Assembly: GCA_036768895.1 (NCBI GenBank)
Contig: DAIPMC010000001.1
Coordinates: 50,432-103,775, forward strand
Source of the DNA: Prevotella sp.
GTDB lineage: Bacteria; Bacteroidota; Bacteroidia; Bacteroidales; Bacteroidaceae
Direction of reading: 5' to 3'
DNA length: 53,344 nucleotides
Below, piece after piece: positions 1-11,219 of the stretch; position 1 is the stretch's first letter, and each line of letters begins with the position of its first letter. Below the pieces are notes generated by a model. That model worked only from the letters and a program-made list of their open reading frames with translations. It was not told where the DNA came from and searched no databases. A program made the translations under genes and the position numbers.

Positions 1-2
1 AT

Positions 3-968
3 ATTGGCTTTCGCAAACTCTGTAAGCGTTACGGCGCAGCAATGGTTTATACAGAATTCATTTCTGCTGATGCTCTCGTCCGTTCTATCAAACCAACTCT
101 TAAGAAAATGCAGATTGATGATGACGAACGACCGGTAGGTATTCAAATCTATGGAAAAGATGTAGATTCTATGGTAGAAGCTGCCAAAATCGTAGAGCAA
201 GCTCATCCGGATGTGATTGATCTTAATTTCGGATGCCCTGTAAAAAAAGTCGCAGGAAAAGGAGCAGGAGCAGGGTTATTGAGAAATATCCCCCTGATGT
301 TAGAAATCACGAGAGAGGTCGTCAAGGCTGTACATACTCCGGTTACGGCTAAAACACGTTTAGGATGGGACCAAAACAATCTCATCATTACCGAACTGGC
401 AGAACAGTTACAGGACTGTGGTATCCAGGCACTGACGATCCACGGTCGCACACGCAGTCAGATGTATACAGGGGAGGCCGACTGGACTCTGATCAAAGCG
501 GTAAAGGACAATCCTCATATTCATATTCCAATTATTGGAAACGGAGACATTACAGGCCCGGAAAAGGCACAGGAAGCTTTTGAGAAATATGGAGTGGATG
601 CTGTCATGATTGGCCGTGCCACATTCGGACGTCCTTGGATATTCAAAGAGATTCATGACTTTATGGACGGAGGCATCACAAATGGACATCAGCCCCTAAC
701 ATTGGATGATAAGATTGATATACTGGAAGAGCAACTCCACATCAACGTAAGCCGAATAGATGAATACCGTGGCATCTTGCATACCCGGCGCCATCTGGCA
801 GCCAGTCCACTATTCAAGGGCATTCCGGATTTCCGGCAGACTCGCATTGCAATGCTACGAACAGACAAGATGGAAGACCTGCTTGCCATACTTGAGGATT
901 GTAGGACGCGACTGAAAGAAATGGCATCTGATAATACAACTGAAGATGAAAAGACAGAAAGTATTTAA
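3..968 (+). CDS. dusB: tRNA-dihydrouridine synthase (DusB-like), 5'-truncated by the window edge
   Basis: Motifs IDLNFGCP, TIHGRT, IGNGDI, VMIGR; the frame is open from the window start (IGFRKLCKRYGAAM). Confidence 0.92.
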   Translation: MGFRKLCKRYGAAMVYTEFISADALVRSIKPTLKKMQIDDDERPVGIQIYGKDVDSMVEAAKIVEQAHPDVIDLNFGCPVKKVAGKGAGAGLLRNIPLMLEITREVVKAVHTPVTAKTRLGWDQNNLIITELAEQLQDCGIQALTIHGRTRSQMYTGEADWTLIKAVKDNPHIHIPIIGNGDITGPEKAQEAFEKYGVDAVMIGRATFGRPWIFKEIHDFMDGGITNGHQPLTLDDKIDILEEQLHINVSRIDEYRGILHTRRHLAASPLFKGIPDFRQTRIAMLRTDKMEDLLAILEDCRTRLKEMASDNTTEDEKTESI

Positions 969-1016
969 AGTAGATCCAAAATCTACCTTAAATCTGCTCC
1001 CATCATCAATTACTCG

Positions 1017-2975
1017 TTAAATATTCGCTTTTTCATAAATATTTCTGTCCGATTCTGTAGAATTACTCAATTGATCTTTATCTTGTGAAATATTGATCAC
1101 TTGAGCAGAATATTTATACTTTCTGTCAAAGAAAATACGTGTAGCATTCAGCACAGCTAATAATGCCACTCCTGAATCAGCAAAAACAGCTTCCCAGAGA
1201 TTAGCTACTCCGAAGAGACCAAGAATCATCACAAGTATTTTAATTCCAATCGCCAAGACAATATTCTCATAGACGATACGATGTGTACGTCTGCCAATAT
1301 GTATGGCTTCAGCCACTTTTGAAGGTCTGTCATCTTGAATGACAATATCTGCTGTTTCAATCGCCATATCACTGCCCAGTGCTCCCATTGCCATTCCAAC
1401 ATCACTTAACGCGATTACAGGAGCATCATTGATGCCATCACCGATAAATGCGACCTTCTTCCCCTGTTGTTGCAAAGTACTAATGTGAGAGACCTTTCCT
1501 TTCGGAAGTAAATCGCCATACCCACTGGTCATGTTCAACTGCCCGACCACTTTAGTGACCAATTCCTGTTTATCTCCAGAAAGCATCTCTATATCACTTA
1601 TTCTTTCTGAACGCAATCTATTAACAGCCTCAAACGCATCTTCTTTCAGCATATCAGCCAAGAGGAGATGGCCCTTATACTTTCCGCCCTTAGCCGCTAT
1701 GACAATCGTCTCGGGAACTGATTGTAATTCTTTCGGATAATCAATATGATAATAATCCAGAAGTTTTGTATTTCCCACCAACCAATTCTGGTATTCCAAA
1801 CCATATCCTGCCAGATTCTTTGCATCTACAGCTACAGACACAGGATGATATCTTAAGATAGCTTGAGCTATCGGATGATTACTGATTTTCTCCATTGCTG
1901 CGATCTGGTCCAGATCCTCCTTCAGAAGCCCCTCATTTTTCTGAACCTCAAACTGGCCAGTGGTAATCGTTCCGGTTTTATCAAAAATCACCGTATCAAG
2001 TCTTGCGACAGCATCCATATAATTGCTTCCCTTAAAGAGAATACCACGTTTAGAAGCAGCCCCTATTCCTGCGAAATAACCCAGTGGAATGCTAATTACC
2101 AGAGCACAAGGGCAACTGATCACCAAGAAAATCAGTGCACGGCGGAACCAGTCACTGAAAACGTATGAGAAAGGAAAAATCAAACTGATTATCCAAGGTA
2201 ACAATATGGTCAAAAGAGCTAAACCCATTACAACGGGCGTATAGACATGAGCAAATTTATGAATAAAGAGTTCTGTAGGCGCCTTACGCTCCGTAGCATC
2301 CTCTACCATTCTCAAAACTCTGCTTATTGCCGAATCGACAGCGGGGCGAATCACTTTTAAACGAACAACTGTATAGGAAGAAATCATACCCGCAAGAACT
2401 TCTTTCCCCACCGAAATCTGACGAGGTACAGATTCTCCAGTTAATGCAGCTGTATTAAAAGCTGCCGATGAATCTACAAGAATTCCATCAAGAGGAACTC
2501 GCTCACCTGGCCTTACTTCTATAACATCTCCTACTTGTACCTGCTCAGGAGTCATCTCAACATTTTTATTTCCATTAACTACCCGGGCATGATCAGGGCG
2601 GAAAGCAACCAGACTCTTAATGTTATTCTTCGCCTTATCGACAGCACGATCCTGCAACTCTTCGCCAATAGAATAAAGCAGCATTACAGCTACCGCCTCC
2701 GGATATTCTCCGATGGCAAAAGCCCCAATGGCCGCAATACTCATCAACATAAATTCACTGGAAAAATCACCATGTGCGATACTTTCAACAGCCTCCTTCA
2801 TCACTGGAAGACCAACTGGCAGGAAAGCAATGACATACCAGACAAGTTGAAGGAGGTGATTCTGCATCCAGGCTACATGACTTATCGAGAGGACCAACCC
2901 AGCTATCAACATCACGGAAGAAAGGACAAGGCGAACCCAGGCACTCCGCTGATCACTACTTTTTTGTTCATCCAT
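1017..2975 (-). CDS. Heavy-metal translocating P1B-type ATPase (Zn/Cd/Pb, ZntA/CadA-like)
   Basis: TGES, SCPC, DKTGT, HP and GDGINDAP motifs, with K and DxG in the late TM helices. Start set at ATG 2975 (MDEQ), downstream of a -7 box at 3002-3009. Confidence 0.9.
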   Translation of the reverse strand: MDEQKSSDQRSAWVRLVLSSVMLIAGLVLSISHVAWMQNHLLQLVWYVIAFLPVGLPVMKEAVESIAHGDFSSEFMLMSIAAIGAFAIGEYPEAVAVMLLYSIGEELQDRAVDKAKNNIKSLVAFRPDHARVVNGNKNVEMTPEQVQVGDVIEVRPGERVPLDGILVDSSAAFNTAALTGESVPRQISVGKEVLAGMISSYTVVRLKVIRPAVDSAISRVLRMVEDATERKAPTELFIHKFAHVYTPVVMGLALLTILLPWIISLIFPFSYVFSDWFRRALIFLVISCPCALVISIPLGYFAGIGAASKRGILFKGSNYMDAVARLDTVIFDKTGTITTGQFEVQKNEGLLKEDLDQIAAMEKISNHPIAQAILRYHPVSVAVDAKNLAGYGLEYQNWLVGNTKLLDYYHIDYPKELQSVPETIVIAAKGGKYKGHLLLADMLKEDAFEAVNRLRSERISDIEMLSGDKQELVTKVVGQLNMTSGYGDLLPKGKVSHISTLQQQGKKVAFIGDGINDAPVIALSDVGMAMGALGSDMAIETADIVIQDDRPSKVAEAIHIGRRTHRIVYENIVLAIGIKILVMILGLFGVANLWEAVFADSGVALLAVLNATRIFFDRKYKYSAQVINISQDKDQLSNSTESDRNIYEKANI

Positions 2976-3001
2976 AACTTTACAACTTTTATTTTCTGTT
3001 G

Positions 3002-3042
3002 CAAAGGTAGACAAATAGAAGTGCAACTGAGTTGCAAAGTTA
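3002..3042 (-). promoter_or_regulatory. Promoter(s) of the metal ATPase with a 7-1-7 inverted-repeat operator
   Basis: Minus-strand TACCTTTG (3002-3009) and TAACTTTG (3035-3042); TGCAACT-G-AGTTGCA at 3022-3036. Confidence 0.65.
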
Positions 3043-3148
3043 GTCTCTACCTTATCTTTACCTACTTATAATGATACGAAGAGCCAAAATATATTGAGGC
3101 CTATCCAGGTGAAAAATACAAGAACAAGCTTAGTCGTTAGTAACTTTA

Positions 3149-3189
3149 AAAAAGAAATTTTATGTAATACCAGTGATCTATTACATAAA
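3149..3189 (-). terminator. Probable intrinsic terminator
   Basis: 11-bp inverted repeat TTTATGTAATA/TATTACATAAA (3159-3189) followed on the minus strand by ATTTCTTTTT. Confidence 0.5.
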
Positions 3190-3290
3190 GATTGAAATCT
3201 CTGTCCATAGAATCAGAGTTTCAGTAAACTTCCAGATAAAAGACGAAACACTTACGATCTCATATCAAGAAGATTGAATATAATGAATTC

Positions 3291-3374
3291 CTAAAAATGA
3301 CTTTCAATATATTCAAACAACCAATCGTCAAAATCTTTAGCTCTTTTCTGATCACTTATCTTTTCATTTTCCAT
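3291..3374 (-). CDS. Candidate small protein, 27 aa (MENEKISDQKRAKDFDDWLFEYIESHF)
   Basis: Hand-translated ATG..TAG; -7 box TATCTTTG at 3403-3410, A at -3, downstream terminator-like hairpin. Confidence 0.5.
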   Translation of the reverse strand: MENEKISDQKRAKDFDDWLFEYIESHF

Positions 3375-3606
3375 TATTCTGTCAGTTTTAAATTTTCAGC
3401 CACAAAGATAAGAAAATCTTTGCTTTTTTAATGAAAGTTATCAATTGTTTTTTAAAATCTTCTATTATGGCCTAGCAACGTTGCCAATCAATATAAGAAT
3501 ACAACTTTAATTGCCAAACTCCATAGCAAAGATTATTCTAAACTATTAGAAACTCCTTATAAAACCAAAAAGATGTACCCACAGATCTAGTATCAATTCT
3601 TTTTCG

Positions 3607-3614
3607 TATCTTTG
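3607..3614 (+). promoter_or_regulatory. Bacteroidota sigma-A -7 element for ruvB
   Basis: TATCTTTG 26 nt upstream of the ATG. Confidence 0.7.
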
Positions 3615-3640
3615 CATACAAAGAAAATCAATCATAAAAC

Positions 3641-4672
3641 ATGGACGAAGATTTTAATATCCATCAAGAAAACGAGTCTTCGGCAGAAAAAGAATTTGAG
3701 AAAGCACTACGACCCTTGAGATTTGATGATTTCAGCGGAGAAAATAAAGTTGTAGAGAATCTTAGAATCTTTGTCGAAGCCGCGAAATTCCGAGGAGAGC
3801 CACTTGACCATACCTTGCTTCATGGACCACCAGGTTTAGGAAAAACTACACTAAGCAATATTATCGCCAATGAACTCGGTGTAGGATTTAAGATCACAAG
3901 CGGACCGGTATTAGATAAACCTGGAGATCTTGCGGGTATTTTAACTTCTTTGGAGCCAAAGGATGTCCTGTTCATTGATGAAATCCATCGTCTCTCTCCA
4001 GTTGTAGAAGAATACTTATATTCAGCTATGGAGGATTATCGAATCGATATTATGATTGACAAGGGTCCTTCAGCAAGAAGCATACAAATAGATTTAAATC
4101 CTTTCACGCTTATTGGTGCTACAACACGAAGTGGCTTGCTATCAGCTCCCCTACGGGCACGTTTTGGAATTAATCTGCATCTAGAATATTATCAACCAAA
4201 AACTCTCAAGAAGATCATTATGCGTTCTGCAAAACTTCTGAAAGTAAAAATCGACGATGATGCAGCAGAGGAAATAAGCCGCCGATCACGAGGTACGCCA
4301 CGTATAGCTAATAGTTTGTTACGTCGTATCCGTGATTTTGCTCAGGTAAAAGGCAATGGAACCATAACAGGCGGTATTGCACAAATAGGTCTAAAAGCAT
4401 TAAATATAGACCAATATGGTCTCGATGAAATCGACAATAAGATACTTACGACAATCATTGATAAATTCCGGGGTGGTCCTGTTGGAGTCTCAACCATAGC
4501 GACAGCTATTGGAGAAGATTCCGGAACAATAGAAGATGTTTACGAGCCTTACCTTATCATGGAGGGCTTTATTAAGCGGACACCTCGCGGACGAATCGCC
4601 ACTTTATTGGCCTACGAACATTTAGGCAGGAATTACCAAAGCAGTAATTCCATGGAACAAAATCTCTTTTAA
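3641..4672 (+). CDS. ruvB: Holliday junction branch migration helicase RuvB
   Basis: [36 protein letters not shown]. Confidence 0.98.
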   Translation: MDEDFNIHQENESSAEKEFEKALRPLRFDDFSGENKVVENLRIFVEAAKFRGEPLDHTLLHGPPGLGKTTLSNIIANELGVGFKITSGPVLDKPGDLAGILTSLEPKDVLFIDEIHRLSPVVEEYLYSAMEDYRIDIMIDKGPSARSIQIDLNPFTLIGATTRSGLLSAPLRARFGINLHLEYYQPKTLKKIIMRSAKLLKVKIDDDAAEEISRRSRGTPRIANSLLRRIRDFAQVKGNGTITGGIAQIGLKALNIDQYGLDEIDNKILTTIIDKFRGGPVGVSTIATAIGEDSGTIEDVYEPYLIMEGFIKRTPRGRIATLLAYEHLGRNYQSSNSMEQNLF

Positions 4673-4747
4673 CAGATAAAATTAATAATAAAAAAACAGA
4701 TTGAAATCCGAAAGTTGTATAAGTAATAAAACAGTAATCATAAAGCG

Positions 4748-5197
4748 ATGAAAACAGGACTATATACCGGAACTTTTGATCCATTTACGACAGGACACCA
4801 AAATATCGTAGAGCGTACTATGCCGCTCTTTGACCGACTAGTCATCGCTGTAGCCGTAAATGAACGCAAACACACAGAAGAGGAAATAAACCAAAGGGTA
4901 AAAGACATTCAACTCCTCTATGCAAATGAACCACGGATTAAGGTAGTACCTTATAGTGACCTTACCGTTGATCTGGCGCATCGTGAACATGCCAAATACA
5001 TTGTCCGCGGAGTTCGGAACTTGCGCGACTTTGAGTACGAACGGGAACAGGCAGATATCAACAAAAAACTTGGTGGCGTTGAGACAATCCTGCTTTTTTC
5101 TGAACCACAGTTAGGAATCGTCAGTTCTTCACTGGTTCGTGAACTTCGGCATTTCGGTCATGATGCACATGAATTCCTTCCTCAAAAAGACAAATGA
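4748..5197 (+). CDS. coaD: Pantetheine-phosphate adenylyltransferase
   Basis: GTFDPFTTGH, VRGVR..DFEYE, SSSLVRE. Confidence 0.95.
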   Translation: MKTGLYTGTFDPFTTGHQNIVERTMPLFDRLVIAVAVNERKHTEEEINQRVKDIQLLYANEPRIKVVPYSDLTVDLAHREHAKYIVRGVRNLRDFEYEREQADINKKLGGVETILLFSEPQLGIVSSSLVRELRHFGHDAHEFLPQKDK

Positions 5198-5239
5198 CAG
5201 AATCATTCCATTTTTAAATGAATATTCAAAAGAAAGAAT

Positions 5240-5650
5240 ATGATTAGCTATCAAGCAGAAGGCATAGAAATGCCAAAGATCAAGAAAAGAGATACTACCT
5301 CATGGATAAAGAAGGTAGCAGCCGCACATGGACGAAAGGTCGGTGAAATCGGCTATATGTTTGTCAATGATGAAAAGATACTGGAAACGAACAAACAGTA
5401 TCTGGGGCATGATTATTATACGGACATCATCACTTTTGATGATGATGAGGGAGATGTACTCAATGGTGATATTGTAATTTCCCTAGATACGGTCAAGTCA
5501 AATGCCAAGAAGTTCAATAAAACTTATGACGATGAACTCCACCGTGTAATCATCCATGGCATCTTGCATCTTTGCGGAATCAATGATAAAGGCCCTGGAG
5601 AACGAGAGATTATGGAAGCTAATGAAAATGAAGCTTTAAAGATGCTTTAA
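5240..5650 (+). CDS. ybeY: rRNA maturation endoribonuclease YbeY
   Basis: TDIITF, GDIVIS, HGILHLCG. Confidence 0.95.
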   Translation: MISYQAEGIEMPKIKKRDTTSWIKKVAAAHGRKVGEIGYMFVNDEKILETNKQYLGHDYYTDIITFDDDEGDVLNGDIVISLDTVKSNAKKFNKTYDDELHRVIIHGILHLCGINDKGPGEREIMEANENEALKML

Positions 5651-5752
5651 AGACTAAAACTTTCACTTCTATCAAGATAACCAACACAAATTATATTCTT
5701 TATCTTCAGGAAAGTCTAGTCCCTTGATTTTAACAACCAGACTATAATGAAC

Positions 5753-5790
5753 AATACCGTCTCAGTCTAACTAAAAACTGAGACGGTATT
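5753..5790. terminator. Bidirectional terminator between convergent ybeY and the S41 peptidase gene
   Basis: 14-bp stem AATACCGTCTCAGT/ACTGAGACGGTATT. Confidence 0.75.
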
Positions 5791-5843
5791 ATTCTATTTA
5801 AGACCTGACTGATAAGGTCAGAATATTCTGAATCATCACTTCC

Positions 5844-7433
5844 TTATTTCTTTCCAGCGAGTAACTGCAACGCCTTTTGAACAGTGTGATTCTTTTCATT
5901 TATAATTTCAAAATATTCATTCATACCCCACAGGTCACGTGCAATTAGGGCTTTCAACTGAATAGATAGTGTTGGAATTGTTTTTTGAAGTTCCTTATCA
6001 TCTGCAGGCTTGACCTTTTGTCTAGCTCCTTCAGCCACAATACTATCAATAAGCGCTTGAGGAACCATGAAATTCTTGCGGAAGCTGGAGAAAGAAGGAT
6101 ATTTAGCCTTTAATTCCTTACGATAATTGTCTATATAAGAAAGTGTTTGTGTATAGATAGAATTACCGACAAGAAGTTTCCGATGAAATGCTGTATATTG
6201 TAAGGTATCCAACGGTACGAAATAGTCTGGCATGATGCCACCACCACCATAGACAAGACGGTGTTTACGAAGCGTATAATACTTCTGAGAGGGATCAAAA
6301 TGAATGCTATCACGATTAGTGAATTCACCATGTTTATAACGATGGTCAAGATCCATTTCATAATCTTTCAGATCACCCTTTTTATATGGTTTCTGTATGC
6401 AACGGCCACTAGGGGTATAATAGTGAGCTACCGTAAGTCGGATCATACTACCATCTGGAAAAGGAACAGGACGCTGTACAAGACCTTTTCCAAATGATCG
6501 ACGGCCGACAACGATGGCACGATCCTGATCTTGCAACGCTCCGGTTACAATCTCTGCTGCAGAAGCGGAAAACTCATCAATAAGAACTATGACTTTCCCT
6601 TTAAGCATCTTGCCTTTTCCATTAGAATGAAATTCTTCCCTAGGAGAACGGCGGCCTTTTGTATATACAATCAAAGCATGATCAGGAAGAAATTGCTGAG
6701 CAATTTCAACAGCAGACTGGAGATATCCTCCACCATTCTCCTGAAGGTCCAATATAAGGTCCTTCATCCCTTCATGCTGTAAAGAATCAATAGATTGAGA
6801 GATTTCTTGCGGACTATGGATACCAAAACTCTCCAAACGTATATAACCGATTCCAGGACGTATCAGATATGAGGCATCAACGGTTTTTAAAGGAATCCTA
6901 TCTCTAATTACCATAAAATGGAGTTTAGCCGGTGCACCACGCCGGACAATTGTCAGGTTTACCTTTGTGCCTTTAGGTCCGCGTAAACGCTTCATAATCT
7001 GTTCTCGAGGCATTTTAACGCCCGCTATGGCTGTATCATTCACGTTTACGATACGATCACCGGCAATAATGCCAACCTTCTCAGAAGGGCCATTAACAAC
7101 AGGTTGGATAACTACCAATGTATCATTCATCATATTAAATTGAACTCCAATGCCATCAAAATCACCATTCAAAGGTTCATTCAACTCTTTAGTTTCAGAC
7201 GGAGTAGTATAAGCAGAATGAGGATCTAGTTTATCCAACATACCGCGAATGGCATCCTCTACCAGTTTATTCTCATCCACAGAATCGACATAAAGATTAT
7301 CTATAGCTAATTCAGCGGCACTGAGTTTCGCCAGTGGAGAACCCTTTTCTAAATGGATACGAAACTGTGCTGACAAAGAAAATGCACAGCTTAGAAATAC
7401 AACTAACAGAACGGTTTTTTTTCTATAAGACAT
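5844..7433 (-). CDS. S41 family carboxy-terminal processing protease with PDZ domain and signal peptide
   Basis: LDPHS, GIGV, DLQENGGG, SASAAEI, GRRSFGKGLVQ, GGGIMPD. Confidence 0.93.
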   Translation of the reverse strand: MSYRKKTVLLVVFLSCAFSLSAQFRIHLEKGSPLAKLSAAELAIDNLYVDSVDENKLVEDAIRGMLDKLDPHSAYTTPSETKELNEPLNGDFDGIGVQFNMMNDTLVVIQPVVNGPSEKVGIIAGDRIVNVNDTAIAGVKMPREQIMKRLRGPKGTKVNLTIVRRGAPAKLHFMVIRDRIPLKTVDASYLIRPGIGYIRLESFGIHSPQEISQSIDSLQHEGMKDLILDLQENGGGYLQSAVEIAQQFLPDHALIVYTKGRRSPREEFHSNGKGKMLKGKVIVLIDEFSASAAEIVTGALQDQDRAIVVGRRSFGKGLVQRPVPFPDGSMIRLTVAHYYTPSGRCIQKPYKKGDLKDYEMDLDHRYKHGEFTNRDSIHFDPSQKYYTLRKHRLVYGGGGIMPDYFVPLDTLQYTAFHRKLLVGNSIYTQTLSYIDNYRKELKAKYPSFSSFRKNFMVPQALIDSIVAEGARQKVKPADDKELQKTIPTLSIQLKALIARDLWGMNEYFEIINEKNHTVQKALQLLAGKK

Positions 7434-7526
7434 AATTTAATGCTATATTTATCATTACCATTTCCCTATTCTCAAGATGATTCAAAATCATATTCTCCGC
7501 TCACTTTTCCAGCCACTGCCTAACCC

Positions 7527-9539
7527 TTACATCTCTTCAAGTCCTTGCCCTTTATCTACTTTATCAGTGGTCAGATTCTCGGTTTGTATTTCCTCTTCAG
7601 GAAGGTCTTCTTCTATAACCAGATTATCAATGATAAAATTCTGCCTTTCCATCGTATTCTTACCCATATAATAAGTCAACAATTTCTGAACCTGGTCATT
7701 TTTATGAAGTGTAACCTGTTCCAGCCTCATATCCGGACCTATAAAATGAGCAAATTCATCCGGAGAAATCTCACCAAGTCCTTTGAATCTGGTTATCTCA
7801 GGATCTGGCCCAAGTTCTCCGATAGCTTTACGGCGTTCCTCATCTGTATAACAATAAGAAGTTATAAAATCACTCTTCTTCCCATATTTTTTCTCATAAT
7901 CAGTGATCGTCCTCTTATCCTTGATCTTGGTCTTCCTGTTTCGTACGCGGAAAAGTGGTGTCTGAAGCACATAAACATGCCCCTTCTTAATCAATTCAGG
8001 GTAGAACTGAAGAAAAAAAGTTATCATCAGCAAACGGATATGCATACCATCTACATCAGCATCCGTAGCGACAATCACCTTGTTATACCTCAGATCATCC
8101 AGTCCATCTTCTATATCCAAAGCAGCCTGAAGAAGATTAAACTCCTCATTTTCATATACTACTTTTTTAGTTAGTCCAAAGCAATTCAAAGGTTTACCAC
8201 GAAGAGAAAATACAGCTTGAGTATTTACATCGCGACTTTTCGTAATACTTCCACTGGCAGAATCTCCCTCTGTAATAAAGATACAACTCTCTTCCTTACG
8301 AGGATTTCTCAAATCGCAATAATGAATACGGCAGTCTCTTAACTTACGATTATGGAGACTCGCTTTTTTCGCACGTTCACGGGCAAGTTTTGTGATTCCT
8401 GCCATTGACTTACGCTCATGCTCGCTCTCCTTAATCTTATTCTCGATCACTTCCGTTACATCCTGATGAATGTGCAGATAGTTATCTACATTTTGTTTGA
8501 TAAAATCACCAACATATTTATTAATAGACTCCCCGCCAGGGGACATCTGTGTACTGCCTAATTTGATCTTAGTCTGACTTTCAAATACAGGTTCCTCAAC
8601 GTTAATGGCAATAGCAGCTACTATCCCATTACGAATATCCGTATAATCATAGTTCTTGTTAAAGAATTCCTTGATTGTCTTTGCAATATGTTCTTTAAAA
8701 GCACTCTGATGGGTACCACCCTGAGTAGTATGCTGTCCATTTACGAAACTGTAATATTCTTCACCATACTGATTTGTATGAGTAAAAGCGATTTCTATAT
8801 CCTCACCTTTCATGTGAACAATCGGATATAACCCATCTACTGTCATATTATCAGTTAGCAAATCCTGCAATCCATTACGGCTGTGAATACGTCTTTCATT
8901 ATACATAATGCTAAGACCAGAGTTCAGATACGTATAATTGCGGAGCATCGTTTCGACAATATCATCATGGAAGGCATAATTCTTGAACATGGTATCATCT
9001 GGTTTAAAAAAGATATAAGTACCCGTTTCATCTGATGAAGATTCTGTCTTATCACTCTTTTTCGCTCCCCTTTCAAATATCAGCTCACGGACTTTCCCAT
9101 CTCTGAAACTACGTACGGCAAACTTTGAACTCAAAGCATTAACCGCTTTTATGCCCACGCCATTCAGTCCTACACTTTTCTTAAAAGCACGGGTATCATA
9201 TTTACCACCAGTATTCAACTTTGCTACAGCTTCTTCCAGTTTCCCCTGTGGGATTCCACGCCCATAATCGCGTACAGACACCTCCTGATTATCCTTAATA
9301 TTCACCTCAATACAGTCACCTGCATTCATTTTAAACTCATCAATGGAATTATCCATAACCTCTTTGAGAAGTACATAAATCCCATCCTCTGGTAAAGAAC
9401 CATCCCCCAAACGCCCTATATACATTCCAGGACGCGTACGGACATGTTCCATATCATTCAAATGACGAATATTCGCATCTGTATATGCCGGTGTTATTGC
9501 CGGTTGATGATTCAAATTATGCTCATTTTCTTCTGACAT
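7527..9539 (-). CDS. parE: DNA topoisomerase IV subunit B
   Basis: [43 protein letters not shown]; short Bacteroidota ParE type. Confidence 0.92.
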   Translation of the reverse strand: MSEENEHNLNHQPAITPAYTDANIRHLNDMEHVRTRPGMYIGRLGDGSLPEDGIYVLLKEVMDNSIDEFKMNAGDCIEVNIKDNQEVSVRDYGRGIPQGKLEEAVAKLNTGGKYDTRAFKKSVGLNGVGIKAVNALSSKFAVRSFRDGKVRELIFERGAKKSDKTESSSDETGTYIFFKPDDTMFKNYAFHDDIVETMLRNYTYLNSGLSIMYNERRIHSRNGLQDLLTDNMTVDGLYPIVHMKGEDIEIAFTHTNQYGEEYYSFVNGQHTTQGGTHQSAFKEHIAKTIKEFFNKNYDYTDIRNGIVAAIAINVEEPVFESQTKIKLGSTQMSPGGESINKYVGDFIKQNVDNYLHIHQDVTEVIENKIKESEHERKSMAGITKLARERAKKASLHNRKLRDCRIHYCDLRNPRKEESCIFITEGDSASGSITKSRDVNTQAVFSLRGKPLNCFGLTKKVVYENEEFNLLQAALDIEDGLDDLRYNKVIVATDADVDGMHIRLLMITFFLQFYPELIKKGHVYVLQTPLFRVRNRKTKIKDKRTITDYEKKYGKKSDFITSYCYTDEERRKAIGELGPDPEITRFKGLGEISPDEFAHFIGPDMRLEQVTLHKNDQVQKLLTYYMGKNTMERQNFIIDNLVIEEDLPEEEIQTENLTTDKVDKGQGLEEM

Positions 9540-9735
9540 CTATACCTTTCTTGCATTTGTGTTTTCCGGACTATAAATAGTAAAATCTAAGAATATCTTT
9601 ATTTCAGCACTTCTGCATAAGTATCTCCTAAAGTTTATGTCTATCCATAATAACAGATAAACCATAATGTGATCTATACTTTAACATTATATCATGATTT
9701 TGTCTCATAATATTTTTGTTCACATAATATAATAA

Positions 9736-10923
9736 TCATTTAACTTCTACTCCGTTGTTCTCAGTATCCTCCGAAGGAACAAGTATTTTCTTAAAGCAAC
9801 GTCGGCGCTTGTGATTGATGGGATTCAATGGTCCCCACTGACTTTGAACACCTTCATTACTTTCCATCTCTACCTGACTTTCTCCCCATTTAAAACCATA
9901 AGCCTGATATCTGGGTATCAGATCTGCAAAAAGTAAGGAATTTGCACCTTTTTTACGGTATTCAGGCAAGAAACCTAACAGAAGAAGGTCTACACCTTCT
10001 GTCTTATGGCACTTGATAGCCCGAAGAGCATACCACCAACCAAACGGAAGTAAGCGTCCTCGATGACATTTTTGCATAGCCTTTGAAAGAGAAGGCATTG
10101 TAACACCAATACCAGCCAATTTGTTATCTGCACTAGTATCTTCTATAAGTGTGACTAAATTTAAATCAATAAAAGGCAGATATTCTTTAATCAACTGGTT
10201 AATCTGAGCTTCGCTCAATTCAGAATAACCATAAAGATCAGCATAGGTTTCATTGATGAGTTCAAAAATCTTGTGACCATATCCACCTTTGAATATATCA
10301 TTCTTAGTAGGTTTTTTCACATGGAGATGGTAACGCTCCTCTACTACTTTCGCAATCTTGCTATACTTCTCGGGTATTTTATCAGGAACTTTTAAATAAT
10401 ATTCCACATAATCATTATCTTTTACAAAACCATCCATCTCTTCCATATATTTTGGATAATATGAATAGTTGTAAAGCGTCGGCATAGTACCAAGTTTATC
10501 AAATCCCCAGGTGAGCATTCCCTCAGGATCCATATCAGTAAAGCCTAAAGGCCCTACTATTTCCGTCATACCCTTACTCTTTCCGAAAGCCTCTACGGCA
10601 CTCAACAAAGAATATAAAACCTCCTTCTCATCAATAAAATCAAGCCAGCCAAAACGAATAGATTTACAATTCCATTTTTTATTTGCTTTATGATTGATAA
10701 TCGCTGCAATACGTCCCACAAGTTTTCCATTTTCATAAGCCATATAATATTCGGCCTCACAAAATTCGAAAGCAGCATTATGATTCTTATCCAGCGTATT
10801 GAATTCGTCACTAAACAGATTAGGCACATCGTAGGGACTTCCCTTATACAAATCGTAATGAAAATCGATAAAATGCTTGAGATCTTTTTTAGTTTCGACC
10901 TTTTTGATTTCTATTGCAGACAT
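9736..10923 (-). CDS. GNAT-like N-acetyltransferase (YghO-like conserved protein)
   Basis: GRIAAIINH, RFGWLDF, GPLGFTDMDPEG, LLPFGW; promoter TAACTTTG at 10955-10962 with TTTG 20 nt upstream. Confidence 0.75.
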   Translation of the reverse strand: MSAIEIKKVETKKDLKHFIDFHYDLYKGSPYDVPNLFSDEFNTLDKNHNAAFEFCEAEYYMAYENGKLVGRIAAIINHKANKKWNCKSIRFGWLDFIDEKEVLYSLLSAVEAFGKSKGMTEIVGPLGFTDMDPEGMLTWGFDKLGTMPTLYNYSYYPKYMEEMDGFVKDNDYVEYYLKVPDKIPEKYSKIAKVVEERYHLHVKKPTKNDIFKGGYGHKIFELINETYADLYGYSELSEAQINQLIKEYLPFIDLNLVTLIEDTSADNKLAGIGVTMPSLSKAMQKCHRGRLLPFGWWYALRAIKCHKTEGVDLLLLGFLPEYRKKGANSLLFADLIPRYQAYGFKWGESQVEMESNEGVQSQWGPLNPINHKRRRCFKKILVPSEDTENNGVEVK

Positions 10924-11141
10924 ATAATTTAATATAAATATTGCTTTAAACCTACAAAGTTAAGAAAATAAAAGGAAACAAGCAAAGAGCATGGATTTTT
11001 TTGGGGATTATTAGAGAGTTTTATACAGAACAGAGCTCGTTTATGCGCACTATTTGTTAATCTGTGCAAAAGTATGACTGATAAAATATAAAATGCACGA
11101 TTTTTTCAATATAAAAACGTGAAAGGTATAAACATAAAGAC

Positions 11142-11184
11142 AAAAAAAACTCTCACGAAGAGATAAGCTCAAGTTCGTGAGAGT
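11142..11184 (-). terminator. Intrinsic terminator of the sdhCAB operon
   Basis: 11-bp stem ACTCTCACGAA/TTCGTGAGAGT running into a T tract on the minus strand. Confidence 0.8.
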
Positions 11185-11219
11185 ATTATAAGTAAGATAT
11201 TCCTTATAAGAAAAGAATA

